Of a stretch of 64,000 nt of DNA, positions 28,995 through 38,716 are shown in pieces (position 1 is the stretch's first letter; each line of letters opens with the position of its first letter). Source of the stretch: a virus; the IMG/VR virus record IMGVR_UViG_3300045988_126140, positions 64,001 to 128,000 of that record, one strand, 5' to 3'. A program made the position numbers and the translations under genes. The notes beneath the pieces are model-generated. The model was not told where the DNA came from. It ran no database searches and was given only the letters and a program-made list of their open reading frames with translations.

Positions 28995-30122
28995 TTATTC
29001 AACTTTCATTACATAACTTGCAACTACTCCATCTTCATCAAGTATTAATAATGTTTGAGAAGGTTTATTATATAATTTTTTCTTCATAGCATAATCGTCT
29101 GTTGAAATCAAACTACCATTTACATATATATCTGTGTTATATTGTGAAAACATCTTAGGTTGATGATAATGTCCTAATAAAATTAAATCTATGTTTTCAC
29201 CACCTATAACCATAGATAATTCTTCACTTACTTTATTTAAATTAACTTGGTCGCCATGACATGAAACAACTGTATTTCCTTTTACATTCATTACAGATAA
29301 TTCACCATTATTTATCGAATCTAAAAATACAACATTAGATAAATTTAATGTTCTCATTTTTATCATCTCATTTAATAACATAGAGTAATTATTACCATTA
29401 CTTCTATCGTCTTTCATCATTTCTACTGCTTCATGGTTACCATTATTTTGAGTTACAGTTAAATAAAAATAATTTGACAATTTCTCTATTACCTGTGATA
29501 TTATTTCACTAACACTTACTATTTGTTTTACTAAAGATTCTTGATTAGATAGCTTTATACTATTATGTAATTCACCAGATATTAAATCTCCGTTCAATAC
29601 TAAATGCAATTTATCTATGTTATTATCAATACAATGTTCTATTGTTTTATTAATTATTTTATCTAACCTTTCTATAGCTATATCTTTATTATATTTATTT
29701 ACTGAATTTTCTACAATCATAGAAATATGTAAATCGCTTAATATTAAAATTCCGTCTTTTCCACTTGAATCTTCTTTTAAAACATAACGATTTAATAATG
29801 GACTTCTTAAATTTAAATTATTAATTTCTTCTCTTATTAAATCCATTACATTTTCCATCCTAGACAATCCTCTTAATTGTCTATTCACTTCTGTTCTTAA
29901 ATCGGTTAGCTTTATTTTTTCCTTTTTTATTTCAGCTAATGTTTTACTGTCCATGTCATTTTCACTTATAGTTTCAGAATATAATTTAAATCCATATGCT
30001 AATTTTCTTAAATGGTCGTCTGAATAATCTGTTTCGTATTTTCTATTTATATCTTCCCATGACATATCATTTAATTTATTAAGTTTATTTAAACAATCCT
30101 GTATTAATCCCTTTTTATTCAT
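28995..30122 (-). CDS. calcineurin-like metallophosphoesterase
   Basis: The motifs LILSDLH, NGDLISG, GNHE and GHYH appear in canonical order. Confidence 0.75.
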   Translation of the reverse strand: MNKKGLIQDCLNKLNKLNDMSWEDINRKYETDYSDDHLRKLAYGFKLYSETISENDMDSKTLAEIKKEKIKLTDLRTEVNRQLRGLSRMENVMDLIREEINNLNLRSPLLNRYVLKEDSSGKDGILILSDLHISMIVENSVNKYNKDIAIERLDKIINKTIEHCIDNNIDKLHLVLNGDLISGELHNSIKLSNQESLVKQIVSVSEIISQVIEKLSNYFYLTVTQNNGNHEAVEMMKDDRSNGNNYSMLLNEMIKMRTLNLSNVVFLDSINNGELSVMNVKGNTVVSCHGDQVNLNKVSEELSMVIGGENIDLILLGHYHQPKMFSQYNTDIYVNGSLISTDDYAMKKKLYNKPSQTLLILDEDGVVASYVMKVE

Positions 30123-30182
30123 AACATACCCCCCAAAATAAACAAAAAAATAATTGGGAGGCTTTATACCTCCCTTATTTAA

Positions 30183-30374
30183 TTATCTTTCAATAGTATT
30201 TTCTACTTTCAATTTAACATTTTTGTCTCCAACAAAATCAGCGAACAAATCATTAATTGCAAATTTTTCTATATCATAACCGTCTTTATCAGTTTCAACA
30301 ATGAAATATTCACCATCTTCTTCGATAATACGACCTATTTTTATTTCTAATGTTTTTCCTTCTTTAAAAATCAT
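30183..30374 (-). CDS. hypothetical protein
   Basis: A 63-aa ORF with an RBS. Confidence 0.5.
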   Translation of the reverse strand: MIFKEGKTLEIKIGRIIEEDGEYFIVETDKDGYDIEKFAINDLFADFVGDKNVKLKVENTIER

Positions 30375-30396
30375 ATAATCATTCTCCCTTTATTAA

Positions 30397-30702
30397 TTAT
30401 TCACCTTGTATTCTTTTAGCAACAGACTTTTTAAGTCTAACCTTAACAACTTCTTTATCTTCGGTTTTAAAAGGTGTTTCTTTTCCTTCTTTAGTTTTCA
30501 TTACACCTTCTCTACCTTTTTTAACTTTCTTATCTACTAAGAACATTCCTAGAGAAACAGATTCATCAACATCTATTTGTTCATATACAGAAGCTACAAC
30601 ATCTTCTAATGCTTTTAATACTTCTCTAGCTTCTGCCTGTGATACTTTTAGACCTCTTTCTTCTAAAGCTCCTTGTAGTTCTTTTATTACGTTTATTTCC
30701 AT
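30397..30702 (-). CDS. HU/IHF-like DNA-binding protein
   Basis: A 101-aa ORF with HU-like layout: an N-terminal helix pair (..KVSQAEAREVLKALEDVV..) and a beta-arm region (..KKGREGVMKTKEGKETPFKTEDKEVVKVRLKKS..). Confidence 0.6.
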   Translation of the reverse strand: MEINVIKELQGALEERGLKVSQAEAREVLKALEDVVASVYEQIDVDESVSLGMFLVDKKVKKGREGVMKTKEGKETPFKTEDKEVVKVRLKKSVAKRIQGE

Positions 30703-30840
30703 AAAACATACCCCCCTTATAAATTATAAAATATTAATAAAAATAACAAATATTATAGGCTTTTTTAGCCTTACATAAATAATAGTTAATATACTAGGAA
30801 AAAATTAGGATATTTTGCACACTTTTAAAATATATTATTT

Positions 30841-32016
30841 TTATCGACATTTTTTACATATAGATAATAATCCTTTACTTCCGTTTTTATTAAATTTACT
30901 CACCAATTTAACTTTGCCACACTTATTACAACGTTTATATTCTCCTTTACATATATTCAAATAATACCAATCTTCTAATTCTTCTTCATAAGCTTGTACT
31001 ATGTTTTTTACTATTGTGTCTAACATTCCTGTAATTGAAGGAAGTTTTCGATTTAATTCCTTGGCTATATTTTTAATCGTCATACCTCCCATCCATAAAT
31101 CTAAAACTTCCTTCTGTTTATCTGTAAATTTAACTTTCTTTAATACTCGTCCTAAATCGTATAAAATACAATCTATATCCGACGTGAAATCATATGCTTC
31201 AGACTCTCTATATAATTGTAATAAAGGCTTAACATGAGTGACATCTAATGTATCTAAACAATCCCATGTTACCGCCCCATTATCTTTTAATAGTTTTTTA
31301 GGTATGTATAATGGATTATATGAATTTTGAACGTATTCCATATCACTTCTCAAACTACTTTTCATGTAATCACATTTATATTTAAACCATCCTTCATTTT
31401 TATTTTGATTTAATTTTTTATTAATATTATTTTGTAACTCTTTATTTTTCTGTATTTCATTTAAGTGATTTATTAAATCTTGATAACATTGTAATTCTTC
31501 ATGTTCATTTATATATTCTTTATTAATTGTTCTTTTTGGTACTAATTTAATGTTTTGAACCGATTTTAATACAATCATTGGGTCGTCTTCATTTATTTGT
31601 TCACCATATTTATGAATGTAAGATTTTTCTTTTTTCAATGCTCTTTGAAACTCTTCTTCATTATTATATATTTTTAATTTATTCTTTTTCCTATATTCTT
31701 CATCTGGCTGGAGAATATATGTACCTAAGCTTTCTAATAATTTACATACATTACTATCTGTTGCTAAATCTTCGTTTGCATTCGGTGATAAATTTATATG
31801 ACTTCTCTTCTCATTTTTTTGTTCAAATATTTCGTCCCAAAACAGTTCACCGTTTAGTTCTACCTCGTCTATGTATTTTAAATTCAACAATTCTTTTATG
31901 TATTCAATTCTTTCTTCCACAGTTTCTAATTTATATTTATCTTTATCTATCTGATAATCAAATATTGATTTACCATTTATTTTTCCGTAAAAATTATTAA
32001 AGTATATTCGTCCCAT
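30841..32016 (-). CDS. putative late transcription regulator with a sigma-70 region-4/LuxR-type HTH and a C-terminal zinc ribbon
   Basis: FTDKQKEVLDLWMGGMTIKNIAKELNRKLPSITGMLDTIVKNI looks like sigma region 4.2. It is followed by CKGEY..CNKCG...CKKC. It is the first large gene of the minus-strand late block. Confidence 0.5.
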   Translation of the reverse strand: MGRIYFNNFYGKINGKSIFDYQIDKDKYKLETVEERIEYIKELLNLKYIDEVELNGELFWDEIFEQKNEKRSHINLSPNANEDLATDSNVCKLLESLGTYILQPDEEYRKKNKLKIYNNEEEFQRALKKEKSYIHKYGEQINEDDPMIVLKSVQNIKLVPKRTINKEYINEHEELQCYQDLINHLNEIQKNKELQNNINKKLNQNKNEGWFKYKCDYMKSSLRSDMEYVQNSYNPLYIPKKLLKDNGAVTWDCLDTLDVTHVKPLLQLYRESEAYDFTSDIDCILYDLGRVLKKVKFTDKQKEVLDLWMGGMTIKNIAKELNRKLPSITGMLDTIVKNIVQAYEEELEDWYYLNICKGEYKRCNKCGKVKLVSKFNKNGSKGLLSICKKCR

Positions 32017-32051
32017 CTTATATCATCTCCTATTAATTTTATTAATTATTT

Positions 32052-32210
32052 TTACTTCGCATAATTATTTATTTCATCAATTTTATATTCTATCCTTTCT
32101 AAACTCCAACACAATCTTCGTATACATTCCTTACTCCTGCCCTCTTGAATTGCCTGTTTAATTTTTTCCTCCATTTTTATAGCTCTGTCTGTATTAGCTA
32201 CTCTACTCAT
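32052..32210 (-). CDS. hypothetical small protein (52 aa, below the track cutoff)
   Basis: MSRVANTDRAIKMEEKIKQAIQEGRSKECIRRLCWSLERIEYKIDEINNYAK. Found by hand translation; it abuts the upstream stop. Confidence 0.4.
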   Translation of the reverse strand: MSRVANTDRAIKMEEKIKQAIQEGRSKECIRRLCWSLERIEYKIDEINNYAK

Positions 32211-32211
32211 T

Positions 32212-32475
32212 TCATATCACCTCCCATTCATTTATTTTAAACACAAGCGATTCGTACATACTGTCTAAAATATATTTATCGTCTTCTATCGTTGTTATTG
32301 CCCAATCTTCATATTCAAATTGTTCTTCTAGTTGTTTCTTTACATATCCTTTTATTTTATCTCTAGCCGTATTTTTATCTTTACAAACACATTTAATATC
32401 TTTCTGAATTCCTTCTTCACTATAATATATTTCTATGACAATATACACTTTCATGTTTACACCTCCTAAATTCAA
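32212..32475 (-). CDS. hypothetical protein
   Basis: An 87-aa ORF. The likely start is the internal MKVYIV behind GGAGG. Confidence 0.55.
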   Translation of the reverse strand: MNLGGVNMKVYIVIEIYYSEEGIQKDIKCVCKDKNTARDKIKGYVKKQLEEQFEYEDWAITTIEDDKYILDSMYESLVFKINEWEVI

Positions 32476-32590
32476 TTTTAAGCAATCCTATTTCTTTATT
32501 GAATAACTAATCCTATTTTCAATTAAAAACTCTTAGAAAAGCTCTTATTAGATATTTTAACTATATCTTGTTTAACCACCTCCTATATTA

Positions 32591-32630
32591 GTGTATTAAC
32601 ATTGATGGTAGATAAATTACCTATGAATTA
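32591..32630 (-). promoter_or_regulatory. class II bipartite promoter-like motif
   Basis: On the minus strand: TAATTCATAGGTAATTTATCTACCATCAATGTTAATACAC. Confidence 0.5.
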
Positions 32631-32633
32631 AAA

Positions 32634-33182
32634 TTATTCATTCTTATATACATAATAATAGAAGATATTATCTATAACGATTCCTATTAACATAAAAATA
32701 AAACCTATATTTTGAGGTAATGTGATAATAAAACTAAAACCATAGCCAAGTATGCTAGTTATATTACAATAATAAACGGTTTTGTTATCAAATGTCTCCC
32801 TTTTTTCACCTATATATCTTCTAGATTTTAGTCTAGTTCCTCCGCATATTATATTTCTTGTTATTAAAGCACCAAGTATTCCATCCGCTATAAAATAAGT
32901 CACAGAATCAGCCAAGCCTGTCAAAAATAGAATAGTTAAAATTGTATATGCTACAGCTTCTAAGAATAATAATATTCCAAAATATTTATATAATTTTTCA
33001 CTCTTAGATAACCATATTTTCGTTATTATAACTACAAAAATACAATTTAATAATGATGTAAAACTTAAAATATTTGAATTAATACTTTGTACTGTTATCG
33101 TGTGAACTACGGGATAAGCAATACTATAAAATAAATTACTTATAGCTCCTGCAAAAAGTAATAAATCAACCTTTTTATTCAT
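32634..33182 (-). CDS. integral membrane protein
   Basis: A 182-aa ORF with about 5 hydrophobic segments. Confidence 0.6.
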   Translation of the reverse strand: MNKKVDLLLFAGAISNLFYSIAYPVVHTITVQSINSNILSFTSLLNCIFVVIITKIWLSKSEKLYKYFGILLFLEAVAYTILTILFLTGLADSVTYFIADGILGALITRNIICGGTRLKSRRYIGEKRETFDNKTVYYCNITSILGYGFSFIITLPQNIGFIFMLIGIVIDNIFYYYVYKNE

Positions 33183-33518
33183 ATTTAACCCCCCTTCATA
33201 TAATTAAAATTATTTATAGTGTCACTCTAAGTTTACGAATGTAATGAGTAAATGAAAGAGTGTGAGGAAAGAGTTAATGTTCTTTGTTAACTCTTGACGA
33301 ATAAATACAATTCTATCCCCTAGGTAATTCATAATAATTTAAAAACTAAATTATTATTCATTCCTTCCCCTTATCAAAGGGGAATTATCTCTTTATTAAT
33401 TATTTTTACTCTTCTCTTATTTTCTAAGAAAATGAATTTTTTGTCTTTAAAATGTTGCGATTTTTTCATATTATTTTAAATGGCGTTTTTTAGTTTTGTA
33501 ACCTTAATGGTAACAAAT

Positions 33519-34718
33519 TTATTTATCCAACCATTTTTTTAAAAGATTCCTCATCCTCTTAGAAGGTATATATAAATTAATTTCTTTTTCTTCTCGTATA
33601 CCACTTCTAAATAACCATTGAATTAATTCTGATAATGACCAAATATCTTCATCTATTTTTACACCTTTATCTGTGAAGAAATTGTTAATTGTAGGTTTAT
33701 AGTATCTATTTATTAAATAGGCACAATTAGTTTTATCTTTATATTCATTTGTCGCTCTACTGTTACAAGGTACAAATCCATTCGTGTATCCTTTACCTTT
33801 ACACTGATTTTTATAATCTTCAAAGCAAGTCCACATATTAAATTGACCCTTTCCTTTAATTATGTGTGTAAAGTAATTGACTGTGTTATTTTTTAATTTC
33901 TTCATCAATTCCTTCTTACTAGATTTATCATACCAACTTTTAGATAGTGCAGTAGTTTTGTCTCCTATATCATTTAATTTTCCTTCGTATATATGTATCA
34001 AACTTTTATATTTAGCACCATTAATTTCTTGATATTCACATAAGTTATAGCTGTCATTAATTTTACTTATTGATTTATATTCATATTCAACATTATTTAA
34101 ATCATAGTAATATCTTTGTACTTGACCTTTAAACATATACGTTAATATGTAAACTTCTTTGAATGCTGTAAATATATTAATTGGAAAAGTCCACAGCATT
34201 AATGAATTATTAAAGAAATATACATCTCCATTTTTAATTGGATTTTTCATACTACTAAATTTACCTTCATATGTATCATCTATCCAATGGGCTTTATTTT
34301 CTTCATCTATTTTGATTATTTTTTCATTTATTAATATTTGAATATCTCGTTTACTTATAGGTATTTGTTCGACAACATCACACACTTCATCTAATATAAG
34401 TATATACTCACCTTCTCGTATGTCATTTATCACTTCTTGACTTAACCCTCTAAATAAAGAATGTGTTGAAATTACGTTATAACCTTCTTTTACAAGTTCA
34501 TAGAAGTGATTTGTCTTACTTCCTTTCCCTAGTTTCTCATTCGGCTTTCTGAACTCTCTATTATCACAAGTTTTAATTACTCTATCTATTTCAGATAAAA
34601 ACGGTGTTATATACATAAATCTTTCAAATAGTTCATTATTCATATATTGTATTGCAAACGAAGTCTTACCGTACCCACATGGCGCATCAACTACTGTTAT
34701 TTTACATTGATTTTTCAT
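33519..34718 (-). CDS. P-loop NTPase, SF2 helicase-like
   Basis: Walker A is DAPCGYGKTS and Walker B/DExx is ILILDEVCD. Confidence 0.55.
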   Translation of the reverse strand: MKNQCKITVVDAPCGYGKTSFAIQYMNNELFERFMYITPFLSEIDRVIKTCDNREFRKPNEKLGKGSKTNHFYELVKEGYNVISTHSLFRGLSQEVINDIREGEYILILDEVCDVVEQIPISKRDIQILINEKIIKIDEENKAHWIDDTYEGKFSSMKNPIKNGDVYFFNNSLMLWTFPINIFTAFKEVYILTYMFKGQVQRYYYDLNNVEYEYKSISKINDSYNLCEYQEINGAKYKSLIHIYEGKLNDIGDKTTALSKSWYDKSSKKELMKKLKNNTVNYFTHIIKGKGQFNMWTCFEDYKNQCKGKGYTNGFVPCNSRATNEYKDKTNCAYLINRYYKPTINNFFTDKGVKIDEDIWSLSELIQWLFRSGIREEKEINLYIPSKRMRNLLKKWLDK

Positions 34719-34720
34719 AA

Positions 34721-34990
34721 TTATTTATCTCCTTTATTAATTTTTCTTCTAGCTATGTAATATTTGATTTTATCTATTATAACTTTTCCTAAATACCAAG
34801 ATATTAACAAACAAAATGCACAAACTGTAGTCAATATTATAAATTCTATAATTTTTATGTTCATTAATAAATAAAACAAAATAAGACATGTATAAGCCGA
34901 TACATAAATACTTGTAAATATTCCTATCCAACCTAAAACACCTAATAACACATATCCTATATTAAATAATATATTTTTAAATTTAATCAC
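34721..34990 (-). CDS. small membrane protein
   Basis: An 89-aa ORF with three hydrophobic segments. Confidence 0.55.
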   Translation of the reverse strand: MIKFKNILFNIGYVLLGVLGWIGIFTSIYVSAYTCLILFYLLMNIKIIEFIILTTVCAFCLLISWYLGKVIIDKIKYYIARRKINKGDK

Positions 34991-35123
34991 AATACCACTC
35001 CTTTTTATTAATTATTTTTGATAATGCTTATATTTTTTATACAATCCATATAACACTAATGTATTTTAAATGCTTTATCTTTTCTCATACATTCATGGTC
35101 TACCACCTCCTTTCTTATATTAC

Positions 35124-35163
35124 TATATTAACGAAATTATATTAAAAATTACCTATGATTTTA
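35124..35163 (-). promoter_or_regulatory. class II bipartite promoter-like motif
   Basis: On the minus strand: TAAAATCATAGGTAATTTTTAATATAATTTCGTTAATATA. Confidence 0.5.
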
Positions 35164-35379
35164 TTTCTTTTTATTTTTAATTATAGCGTCGTGAATTACT
35201 ACTATCATTATTAGTATAATCATAGGAAGAAACATAATTCCTGTTAATGTTATTATAAAAGCTACCTCTCCAAATGCTTCACCAACTATAACTGAATATT
35301 TTAAAGCTTTAAATAATATAAATGCAGTTATCACAGCTCCTGATAATGTTGCACTATTTTTACCAGCATATCTCCACAT
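35161..35379 (-). CDS. small membrane protein
   Basis: A 72-aa ORF with two hydrophobic segments. Confidence 0.55.
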   Translation of the reverse strand: MWRYAGKNSATLSGAVITAFILFKALKYSVIVGEAFGEVAFIITLTGIMFLPMIILIMIVVIHDAIIKNKKK

Positions 35380-35410
35380 AATATCAACTCCTTTTTATTT
35401 ATTTCTTATT

Positions 35411-35451
35411 TATGTATTAACATAACTGTATCAAAAATTACCTATGAATTA
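35411..35451 (-). promoter_or_regulatory. class II bipartite promoter-like motif
   Basis: On the minus strand: TAATTCATAGGTAATTTTTGATACAGTTATGTTAATACATA. Confidence 0.5.
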
Positions 35452-35533
35452 CAAAAAATATGTATGTCCTCCAAGATTTTTATTAAGCTTCTTTAATACC
35501 ATTACAAAAACACTCCGAATATATGTGTTATTT

Positions 35534-35575
35534 TATATAATTAACAACTAATAATGAAAAATTACCTATGAATTA
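35534..35575 (-). promoter_or_regulatory. class II bipartite promoter-like motif
   Basis: On the minus strand: TAATTCATAGGTAATTTTTCATTATTAGTTGTTAATTATATA. Confidence 0.45.
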
Positions 35576-35667
35576 CATTATTTTTAATATATATAGTATT
35601 TAATTTAGTATTTAATAGTATTTAGAGTGCCTATATATGTTGATATCGCTTGTATTCAGACTATTAT

Positions 35668-35861
35668 ATATGAGTTTTAAAGGTTTTAATATGTGTTTTT
35701 AAGGAACAAATATGTTAAATTAAGTATTATTTCATTTATAAATATGTGTTTTTAAGGTTATTTTATTTCCTTAATTACTCATAATAATTTTAAATATGTT
35801 AAAATAAGGGACTATTAATATGAGATATTAAGGGTTATAATATAACTATGAGAAATTAAGG
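35668..35861 (+). repeat. iteron array upstream of rep (6-7 copies of about ATATGWGNTTTTAAGG)
   Basis: ATATGAGTTTTAAAGG, ATATGTGTTTTTAAGG (twice), ATATGTTAAATTAAG, ATATGTTAAAATAAGGG, ATATGAGATATTAAGGG and CTATGAGAAATTAAGG. They are preceded at 35593..35627 by three tandem AGTATTTAA units. Confidence 0.75.
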
Positions 35862-35870
35862 AGGTTTAAT

Positions 35871-36827
35871 ATGAGCAAAAATCAAATACTTATGAAAAAT
35901 AATACAATAGTTAGTGCTAGATATAACATATCTCTTATGCATAATAATATATTTATTTTCATATTGTATAAACTTCAGAAAGCTAAGTCTGGTAATGCAT
36001 ATTGTTATATAAGCAAACAAGAATTTCAAAATCTTATTTCAAATAAAACACAGAAAACAGTTCCAGGTATTAAAAAAGTATTAGATAATATGCTAGATGA
36101 AAAAATATATTTTAGAGAAGATGGTGAGTGGAGCTGTAAATATAGTATTATAGCTGGGTATGAATATAATAAAAAAGAAGATTTATTTAAAATAGTTGTC
36201 ATTGATAAAGTTTATCATCTTCTTATGAATTACAAAGCTTATACACCTATTAATATGAAAATATTTTTAACTTTAAAATCAATATATAGCCAAAGATTAT
36301 ATGACCTTCTTAGATTATGGAGTAATACAAAAGAAAATATAACATATGAACTAGATGAATTAAAAGATTTGTTAATGCTAAATAACAAATATAATTTGTA
36401 TGCTGATTTTAAAAGAAATGTTCTTCAACGAGCTAAAAAAGAATTAAATAATACTGGAATGTTTGAATTATCATATACCGAAAATAAAAAAGGACGAAGT
36501 GTAAAGTCTATAACATTTCATGTGAAAGATTTAGATAAAAGAGTATATTTTAAAAAGAAACAAACTGAACAAATTTCGCCATTGTCATACATTTCTAATA
36601 AGGATTTAATATCAAATGATTGTATATCATCTTTTCAAAAAGATTTTGAACTAATAGATTTCACATACGAAGATATGAATCAAGCTTTTATTGAATCAAT
36701 TAATATAACATTATCTAAATTTAATGTAGATAAAATAGATTATAATGTATATCCTTACTTTAAAGCTGTGTTAAATAATAAAATTAAGTATTATACTGAC
36801 TTATTTATAAAGACAAGTATTTTTTAA
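35871..36827 (+). CDS. rep: plasmid-type replication initiator, Rep_3 family
   Basis: The N-terminus NNTIVSARYNISLMHNNIFIFILYKL and the later LKSIYSQRLYDLLRLWSN...ITYELDELKDLLML..KYNLYADFKRNVLQRAKKELN follow the Rep_3 pattern as I remember it. Iterons lie upstream. Confidence 0.75.
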   Translation: MSKNQILMKNNTIVSARYNISLMHNNIFIFILYKLQKAKSGNAYCYISKQEFQNLISNKTQKTVPGIKKVLDNMLDEKIYFREDGEWSCKYSIIAGYEYNKKEDLFKIVVIDKVYHLLMNYKAYTPINMKIFLTLKSIYSQRLYDLLRLWSNTKENITYELDELKDLLMLNNKYNLYADFKRNVLQRAKKELNNTGMFELSYTENKKGRSVKSITFHVKDLDKRVYFKKKQTEQISPLSYISNKDLISNDCISSFQKDFELIDFTYEDMNQAFIESINITLSKFNVDKIDYNVYPYFKAVLNNKIKYYTDLFIKTSIF

Positions 36828-36966
36828 TCAATTTATCGACAAAATATATTTTCCATGTTATCATAATATAGTACACTCTCATAAGAATTGCAAATATCAC
36901 GTATAACATAGAATTTTCTTACAATTTTAATTAAATTATTACCTTTTGGAGATAAAATGTAATAAT

Positions 36967-36992
36967 CAGCCCTTTTTAGGGCTTTTTCTTTT
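36967..36992 (+). terminator. hairpin terminator (T runs on both sides)
   Basis: CAGCCCTTTTTAGGGCTTTTTCTTTT lies between the convergent rep gene and the minus-strand genes. Confidence 0.6.
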
Positions 36993-37010
36993 GTTTTTTA
37001 TAAAAATAAG

Positions 37011-37080
37011 CAATTTTTCTTAATTTTTAATGTTTTTTATGCATTTTTACTCATTTTTTACTAAAATTTTAGCATTTTAT
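37011..37080. other. phased T-tracts (predicted intrinsically curved DNA)
   Basis: T4-6 runs start at about 37014, 37024, 37033, 37044, 37054, 37067 and 37075, close to a 10-bp period. Confidence 0.7.
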
Positions 37081-37271
37081 TCGTATTTTTTCTTAACAAT
37101 CTCACCAAATTCAGGAGCTTTCATTAAAATTTTCTCACGTATTGACCTATCTTTATAAATTTCCATCAATGATTCTAATTCTTTCAATGAGTTTTCTCTG
37201 ATTACTCCACCAATTATTTCTCTTCCATCTCTTGATTTCATTTCCCATTCTACTTCCCAAATTTCTCTCAT
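37077..37271 (-). CDS. hypothetical protein
   Basis: A 64-aa ORF with an RBS. Confidence 0.5.
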   Translation of the reverse strand: MREIWEVEWEMKSRDGREIIGGVIRENSLKELESLMEIYKDRSIREKILMKAPEFGEIVKKKYE

Positions 37272-37283
37272 ACCATCGACCTC

Positions 37284-37466
37284 CTAAAATAATTTTTTAA
37301 CTATATTATATTCACATCCATATTGTGGATTTTTATTGCATTTTTCTTTTAACTCTTCAATTTCTTCCTTGACTTGTTCTTTATTTTTAAGTTTTGTTTC
37401 CTTTTTATAAACTGTTTCACAACAATCATCTATATCATATATATATCCGTACAATTCATATCTCAT
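37284..37466 (-). CDS. hypothetical protein
   Basis: A 60-aa ORF with an RBS. Confidence 0.5.
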   Translation of the reverse strand: MRYELYGYIYDIDDCCETVYKKETKLKNKEQVKEEIEELKEKCNKNPQYGCEYNIVKKLF

Positions 37467-37478
37467 AATTGCCCCTCC

Positions 37479-38597
37479 TTATTTCTTTTTACCATACTTT
37501 TCACATATTTTAAGTACAGTCTCTCTATCAATATAGAAAGTTTGTATTTCTGTACCATATTCCTCATAGTCAAACACTCTCATATTCCCTGCTCCTCTTA
37601 ATAAATGTAAATATCCATAGTTAATTATCATATTAGACCTAATTTCATCTTTACATTTACCACCTATAACGATATTTATATTTTGTTTAGTTATATTAGG
37701 TAATATATCTTTAGAAGGTAATTGGGTAGTTAGTATTAAAAATACCCCTGCCCCTGCACCTCTACTAGCTATTAAAGCTAACATATTGTGAAAATCTTTA
37801 TTCTTCATATAAGAAGATAACTCTTCTATCACTATAAATCTAATAGGCATTTTTTTAAACTTTCTATATTGCCATATATCAGTACAATTTCTATAAGTAA
37901 ACTGTTCATATCTTTTATCTATATCTTGTATAGCATCAAATAATATATCTTCAGCTTCATCTCTGTTTTCTGTATAATGAATTACGTTCTTACAGTTTCT
38001 AAATTCAAATAAATCTACTCTCTTTTCATTGATTAAATCTAATACAACATCACATTTTCTTTTCATTACTAATTGAGATATAATAACTCTTAAACAATTA
38101 GATTTACCACATCTAGTAGCACCTGCTAAATACATATGTGCATTAGAAGGTTCGCTAAAATCAATATATCTAATGCTACAATCTTCTAAATTAATCCCAA
38201 TAGGTATTTTATATCCTTTAGCCTTATGTTTTTCTAAATCAAAGTCAGCACATACTATCTCTTCCTTTTTAATTCTTAATTGAATATAATATCCATTCTT
38301 TTTAAAACTAACATCTTCTTTTTCTTTATTTAATAAATGACAAAACTTATTCTTATTATTACTAAAATCATCTATAGTCATTCCTACAGGTATTATAAAT
38401 TCATATATCTTATAATTTTCATCCTCCCATTTCTTTCTTAACTTAGGTATATCTCCAGAAACATTCTTCATATTGATATTATTAAAGAAATCAGTAAAAT
38501 CAATATGTTTAATATTAAATACATCTAAAACTGATTTACATAATAATGTTATTGTATCCCAAATAGTATTTGTTAAAGGTTCTATTACATTACTCAT
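37479..38597 (-). CDS. FtsK/SpoIIIE-family DNA translocase-like ATPase
   Basis: Walker A is LAGATRCGKSN and Walker B is RFIVIEELS. The size and layout resemble the small FtsK-like proteins of Gram-positive plasmids and ICEs. Confidence 0.7.
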   Translation of the reverse strand: MSNVIEPLTNTIWDTITLLCKSVLDVFNIKHIDFTDFFNNINMKNVSGDIPKLRKKWEDENYKIYEFIIPVGMTIDDFSNNKNKFCHLLNKEKEDVSFKKNGYYIQLRIKKEEIVCADFDLEKHKAKGYKIPIGINLEDCSIRYIDFSEPSNAHMYLAGATRCGKSNCLRVIISQLVMKRKCDVVLDLINEKRVDLFEFRNCKNVIHYTENRDEAEDILFDAIQDIDKRYEQFTYRNCTDIWQYRKFKKMPIRFIVIEELSSYMKNKDFHNMLALIASRGAGAGVFLILTTQLPSKDILPNITKQNINIVIGGKCKDEIRSNMIINYGYLHLLRGAGNMRVFDYEEYGTEIQTFYIDRETVLKICEKYGKKK

Positions 38598-38716
38598 ATT
38601 ATCATCTCCTTTTACTTAACTATATGCAAGTGTGTAGTAAATGTTTCCTAAATATTAAAAAAAATATTTTAGTAACATTATTTAAATATATACATATACT
38701 ATATTGAGGTGATAAT

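Noticed and set aside
33183-33518. An intergenic 330 bp with hairpins (TTCCCCTTTGATAAGGGGAA, GAGTTAATGTTCTTTGTTAACTC) and a partial TAGGTAATTCATAA match on the plus strand, considered as a possible small RNA gene
   Set aside because: No convincing promoter and terminator pair or conserved repeat partner was found. The evidence is insufficient to call anything.
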